Assembly: GCA_025456175.1 (NCBI GenBank)
Contig: JALOLC010000015.1
Span: 1 to 48,321 of the forward strand
From: Acidobacteriota bacterium
Lineage (GTDB): Bacteria; Acidobacteriota; Aminicenantia; UBA2199
Direction: 5' to 3'
DNA length: 48,321 nt
The translations under genes and the position numbers were made by a program. This document shows positions 45,040 to 48,321 of this stretch, in pieces; within the stretch, counting starts at the first letter, position 1; every line of letters starts with the position of its first letter. The notes below the pieces were generated by a model. That model had not been told where the DNA came from. It worked only from the letters and a program-made list of their open reading frames with translations, and ran no database searches.

Positions 45040-45060
45040 ATTATAGCAAATTCGCAGCCA
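45040..45060 (-). promoter_or_regulatory. Overlapping candidate sigma-54 (-24/-12) and extended -10 sigma-70 elements upstream of the TPR/GWxTD operon
   Basis: The minus strand reads TGGCTGCGAATTTGCTATAAT. TGGC-N8-TTGCT has GG-N10-GC spacing, and the same bases form TGCTATAAT. The start codon is 28 nt downstream. Confidence 0.45.
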
Positions 45061-45090
45061 AATAAAAAGGGCGGACACAGGGGTCCGCCC
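45061..45090 (-). terminator. Intrinsic terminator downstream of the prolyl oligopeptidase gene
   Basis: The minus strand reads GGGCGGAC-CCCTGT-GTCCGCCC followed by TTTTTATT. Confidence 0.7.
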
Positions 45091-45115
45091 CTTCAGAGCC
45101 ATTGCCTTTCCCTTC

Positions 45116-45145
45116 GCGTAACGCGTTACGCGTCACGCGTCACGC
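45116..45145. repeat. Tandem heptamer repeat (GCGTNAC)x4 containing nested ACGCGT palindromes
   Basis: GCGTAAC GCGTTAC GCGTCAC GCGTCAC GC. The first 16 nt (GCGTAACGCGTTACGC) are a perfect palindrome. Confidence 0.7.
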
Positions 45146-45156
45146 AAGGCCGCTGT

Positions 45157-47280
45157 TTACCTGCAGTCCATGCCCAGGTTCTTGAATACGAACGCCCAGG
45201 TGTCGGCCGCGATCTCGATGGCCTTGCGCAGGTTGGACGAGCCGTGGCCCGAGCGTGTCTCGATGCGGATCAGCACCGGGTTCTCCCCCGTGTGCCTCTC
45301 CTGCAGGGCGGCAATGAACTTGAAGGAGTGGGCCGGGACGACGCGGTCGTCATGGTCGGCGGTGGTCACCAGCGTGGCCGGGTAGCTCACCCCCGGCTTC
45401 AGGTTGTGCAGCGGCGAATAGGCATGAAGGTACTTGAACTGCTCGGGTTTGTCGCTGGAGCCGTACTCCACCGCCCAGCCCCAGCCCACGGTGAACTTGT
45501 GGAAGCGCAGCATGTCCATGACGCCCACAGCCGGCAGGGCGACCTGGAAGAGGTCGGGGCGCTGGGTCATGACGGCGCCGACCAGCAGTCCGCCGTTGGA
45601 GGCGCCGGAGATGGCCAGCTTGCCGGCGCGGGTGTACTTCTCGGCGATCAGATACTCGCCGGCGGCGATGAAGTCGTCGAAGACGTTCTGCTTCTTCTCC
45701 AGCATGCCGGCCTTGTGCCAGGCCTCGCCGTACTCGCCGCCGCCGCGGATGTTGGCCACGGCGTAGACGCCGCCGTTCTCCAGGAAGACGAGGTTGCCGG
45801 CGTTGAACCCGGGAGCCATGCTGGCGTTGAAGCCGCCATAGGCGTACAGGTAGAGGGGGTTGTTGCCGTCACGCTTCAGCCCCTTCCTGTGCACGATGAA
45901 CATGGGGACGCGCGTGCCGTCCTTGCTGCGGTAGAAGACCTGCCGGACCTCGTAGTCGTCGGGGTTGAACTTGGCCTCGCTCTTGCGGAACAGCTTGCTC
46001 TCCCCGGAGGCGATGTCGTAGTGGAAGATCACCGGCGGGTAATTGAAGGAGGTGAAGGTGTAGAAGAGGGCCTTGTCCTCCTTCTTGCCGCCGAAGCCGC
46101 CGGCCGAGCCCAGCCCGGGCAGAACGATCTCGCGCTCCAGCTTGCCGGCGAGATCATGCTGGGTGACGCGGGTGGTGACGTCCTTGAGGTAGTGGCAGAA
46201 GAGCTTGGTGCCGGCGCTGCCGACGCCGCGCAGCACCTCGGTTTTCTCGGCGATCACCGTCCTCCAGTTCTCGCGGGCGGGGTTGGCGCCGTCGATGGCC
46301 ACCACCCGGTAGTTGGGGGCGCCGTCGTTGGTGTGCACCAGGAACGTGTCGCCGCTATTGTCGACCGCATCGTAATCGAATTCGAATCCCGGGCACAGGA
46401 CGTGGAAGGGGTCATCCTTCCTGCTGAGGTCGCGGAAACGGAGCTCCGAGCCGTGCGTCCCCTCGGATACGCTCAGCAGCAGAAAGCGCTTGTCCTCGGA
46501 GACCCAGACGCCGTAGTAGCGCAGCGGGTGCTGAGGGTCGGCGAAGACCAGCGTGTCCTGTTCCTGGGTCTCGCCCAGCCTGTGGAAATACACTTTTTGG
46601 TTTTCGTTCTTGCCCTTCAGCTCCTCGCCCGCCTTGGGCTCGTCGTAGCGGCAGTAAAAGAAGCCGTCGCCGCTCCAGCCCGCCCCGGAGAACTTCACCC
46701 AGCGCAGGCGGTCGGGAAGCTCGCGCCGGCTGGCGATCTCCATGACGCGGATCTCGCCCCAGTCGGAGCCGGCTTCGGAGCGGAGAATGGCCATGTAGCG
46801 GTCGTCCTGCGACTCGCCCAGCAGGCCGACGCGCACCGTGCCGTCGGTAGACAGCGTGTTGGGGTCGATGAAGACCTGCGCCTCGCCGTCCAGCCCCTTC
46901 TGGAAGTAGATGACCGACTGGTTCTGCAGACCGTCGTTCTTGGCGAAAAAGTAGTAGGCGCCCACGCGGAAAGGGGCCGAATAGCGCGGATAGTTGAAGA
47001 GCTCATCCAGGCGCTTGGCGATCCCCGGGCGGCAGGCGATGCCGTTCAGGTAGCCGAAGGTCACCCGGTTCTGCTCCTCGACCCAGGCTTTGACCTCGGG
47101 GGCGTTGTCGTCCTCGAGCCAGCGATAGGGGTCGGCGACCTGGGTGCCGTGGTAGTCGTCGACCACGTCGACCTTCTTGGTTTGGGGATAAACGATCTTT
47201 TTCTCTTGGTCCCCATTGCTTGCGGCCAGAAAGGAGAATAGGACCACGATCCATAACATGGAAAACAGGACCTTTTTCAT
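45157..47280 (-). CDS. Prolyl oligopeptidase (S9A prolyl endopeptidase), secreted or membrane-anchored
   Basis: The start follows GAGGAGG, with N-terminus MKKVLFSMLWIVVLFSFLAAS. It has an N-terminal beta-propeller region, nucleophile motif ISGASNGGLLVG, and TADHDDRVVP and RSGHGSS for the Asp/His of the triad. Confidence 0.9.
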   Translation of the reverse strand: MKKVLFSMLWIVVLFSFLAASNGDQEKKIVYPQTKKVDVVDDYHGTQVADPYRWLEDDNAPEVKAWVEEQNRVTFGYLNGIACRPGIAKRLDELFNYPRYSAPFRVGAYYFFAKNDGLQNQSVIYFQKGLDGEAQVFIDPNTLSTDGTVRVGLLGESQDDRYMAILRSEAGSDWGEIRVMEIASRRELPDRLRWVKFSGAGWSGDGFFYCRYDEPKAGEELKGKNENQKVYFHRLGETQEQDTLVFADPQHPLRYYGVWVSEDKRFLLLSVSEGTHGSELRFRDLSRKDDPFHVLCPGFEFDYDAVDNSGDTFLVHTNDGAPNYRVVAIDGANPARENWRTVIAEKTEVLRGVGSAGTKLFCHYLKDVTTRVTQHDLAGKLEREIVLPGLGSAGGFGGKKEDKALFYTFTSFNYPPVIFHYDIASGESKLFRKSEAKFNPDDYEVRQVFYRSKDGTRVPMFIVHRKGLKRDGNNPLYLYAYGGFNASMAPGFNAGNLVFLENGGVYAVANIRGGGEYGEAWHKAGMLEKKQNVFDDFIAAGEYLIAEKYTRAGKLAISGASNGGLLVGAVMTQRPDLFQVALPAVGVMDMLRFHKFTVGWGWAVEYGSSDKPEQFKYLHAYSPLHNLKPGVSYPATLVTTADHDDRVVPAHSFKFIAALQERHTGENPVLIRIETRSGHGSSNLRKAIEIAADTWAFVFKNLGMDCR

Positions 47281-47376
47281 GCAAAGCCTCCTCGTTTTAA
47301 TCGCAATAGTTCGGAATGGACATTGTACGAAATTTTTGATATTTTGGTTCATTCAATGGATGGGTCACGAGTTTTT

Positions 47377-47479
47377 GCCCCATCCCCTGCCCCTTCCCCT
47401 GAAGGAGAAGGGGGGAATCAATCAGATTCTTCCTTAATTCTTCCCCCTCGCCTTTAGGAGAGGGGGGTGGGGGTGAGGC
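47377..47479. repeat. Pair of similar C-tract/G-tract hairpins downstream of rpoC
   Basis: CCCCTTC-N10-GAAGGGG (47390-47413) and CCCCCTC-N10-GAGGGGG (47443-47466). They are flanked by a further C-rich run (47378-47389) and a further G-rich run (47467-47478). Confidence 0.5.
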
Positions 47480-47540
47480 TGCGAGCGTCAACTAATTTTA
47501 CTACCAAACGTACGCCAAGCGGACAGCCGATTGGGCCGCC

Positions 47541-48321
47541 CTATTTCGCGATGGTGAACTTGTCCTCGACCACGTCGTGCTCGACCTGCTGGTAGTAGGA
47601 GTAGCCCGTGCCGGCGGGGATCAGCCGGCCCATGGTCACGTTCTCCTTGATGCCCAGCAGGTGGTCTTCCTTGCCGGCGATGGCGGCGTCGGTCAAGACG
47701 CGCGTCGTCTCCTGGAAGGCGGCGGCGGAGAGGAAGCTGTCGTTGGCCAGGGCGGCGCGGGAGATGGGCAGCAGCGCGGGCTTGGCCTTGGCCGGGCGCC
47801 CGCCCTCGGACTCGACGCGGGCGTTCTCTTCCTCGAACTTCCACTTCTCGATGATCTGGTCGGGGATGAACTGCGTGTCTCCGGTCTCCTCGACGCGCCG
47901 CCACTTGATCATCTGGCGGATGATGATCTCGATGTGCTTGTCGTTGATCTCCACCCCCTGCAGGCGGTAGACGTCCTGGATCTCCTTGAGCAGGTACTCG
48001 GCCAGCTTCTGCTCGCCCAGGACGGACAGGATGTCGACCGGGTTGAGCGGCCCGTCCATCAGCGGCGTGCCGGCCGTGATCTTGCTGCCGTCGTCGACGA
48101 TGATGTGGGCGCCGCGCGGGATGGTGTGCTCGTCGGGCTTGATGTTCTTGTCGAAGGAGCGGATGGTGATCTTGCGCGCCCCGTGCTGCACCTTGCCGTA
48201 CTCGACGGCGCCGTCGATCTGGGCCATCTTGGCCGGGCTCTTGGGCTTGCGCGCCTCGAACAGCTCGGTGACGCGCGGCAGGCCGCCGGTGATGTCCTTG
48301 GTCTTGGCGAACTCCGAGGGG
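47541..48321 (-). CDS. rpoC: DNA-directed RNA polymerase beta' subunit, C-terminal part (5' end off-window)
   Basis: The ORF is open to the right edge of the window. Conserved beta' C-terminal segments are present: LSAAAFQETTRVLTDAAIAGKEDHLLGIKENVTMGRLIPAGTG and QGVEINDKHIEIIIRQM. Confidence 0.95.
   Translation of the reverse strand, partial: PSEFAKTKDITGGLPRVTELFEARKPKSPAKMAQIDGAVEYGKVQHGARKITIRSFDKNIKPDEHTIPRGAHIIVDDGSKITAGTPLMDGPLNPVDILSVLGEQKLAEYLLKEIQDVYRLQGVEINDKHIEIIIRQMIKWRRVEETGDTQFIPDQIIEKWKFEEENARVESEGGRPAKAKPALLPISRAALANDSFLSAAAFQETTRVLTDAAIAGKEDHLLGIKENVTMGRLIPAGTGYSYYQQVEHDVVEDKFTIAK

Noticed and set aside
47297-47491. 64-aa minus-strand ORF (…PPPPSPKGEGEE…)
   Set aside because: It is the translation of the C/G-tract hairpin pair. 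It is low-complexity and shows no coding signal.

Overview
GC-rich (by eye about 60-65 %) bacterial chromosomal segment. I call 36 protein-coding loci and see no rRNA, tRNA or CRISPR array. The window runs from a partial mtgA at the left edge to the 3' end of rpoC at the right edge. The gene content is GWxTD-domain proteins, VWFA-related secreted paralogs, an Oar-like CarboxypepD_reg outer-membrane barrel, a Bat-type (VWA/TPR/BatD/BatE) operon and many TPR exoproteins. That mix suggests an Acidobacteriota/Aminicenantes-like lineage, which is inference only. Housekeeping and metabolic genes include two S9 peptidases, DUF1684, hom, a Zn-ADH/LsrF-like aldolase/VOC operon, putP, tldD-pmbA, ackA, hemW and a pseudouridine synthase.

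Main points for follow-up:
1. An eight-gene envelope cluster of unknown function lies at 31.3-45.1 kb. It is framed by candidate sigma-54 (-24/-12) promoters, and a sensor kinase plus NtrC-type enhancer-binding protein sit just upstream. A third -24/-12 site precedes a small lipoprotein gene at 3.5 kb.
2. Intergenic long hairpins have arms built from 4-5 tandem 6-7 nt units. One purine-rich ~125-135 bp palindromic element is present twice, in opposite orientation.
3. A 1.33 kb single-gene cassette (AAA ATPase fused to a PD-(D/E)xK-like domain, with its own consensus promoter) is bracketed by a 36-bp direct repeat. The repeat duplicates the 3' end of the neighbouring phosphodiesterase-family gene.
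4. Three otherwise well-conserved genes (batA-like VWA, ackA, hemW) are broken by short internal deletions or frameshifts, while much longer neighbouring ORFs are intact.

Many long ORFs in the six-frame track are GC-driven antisense shadows and were rejected.
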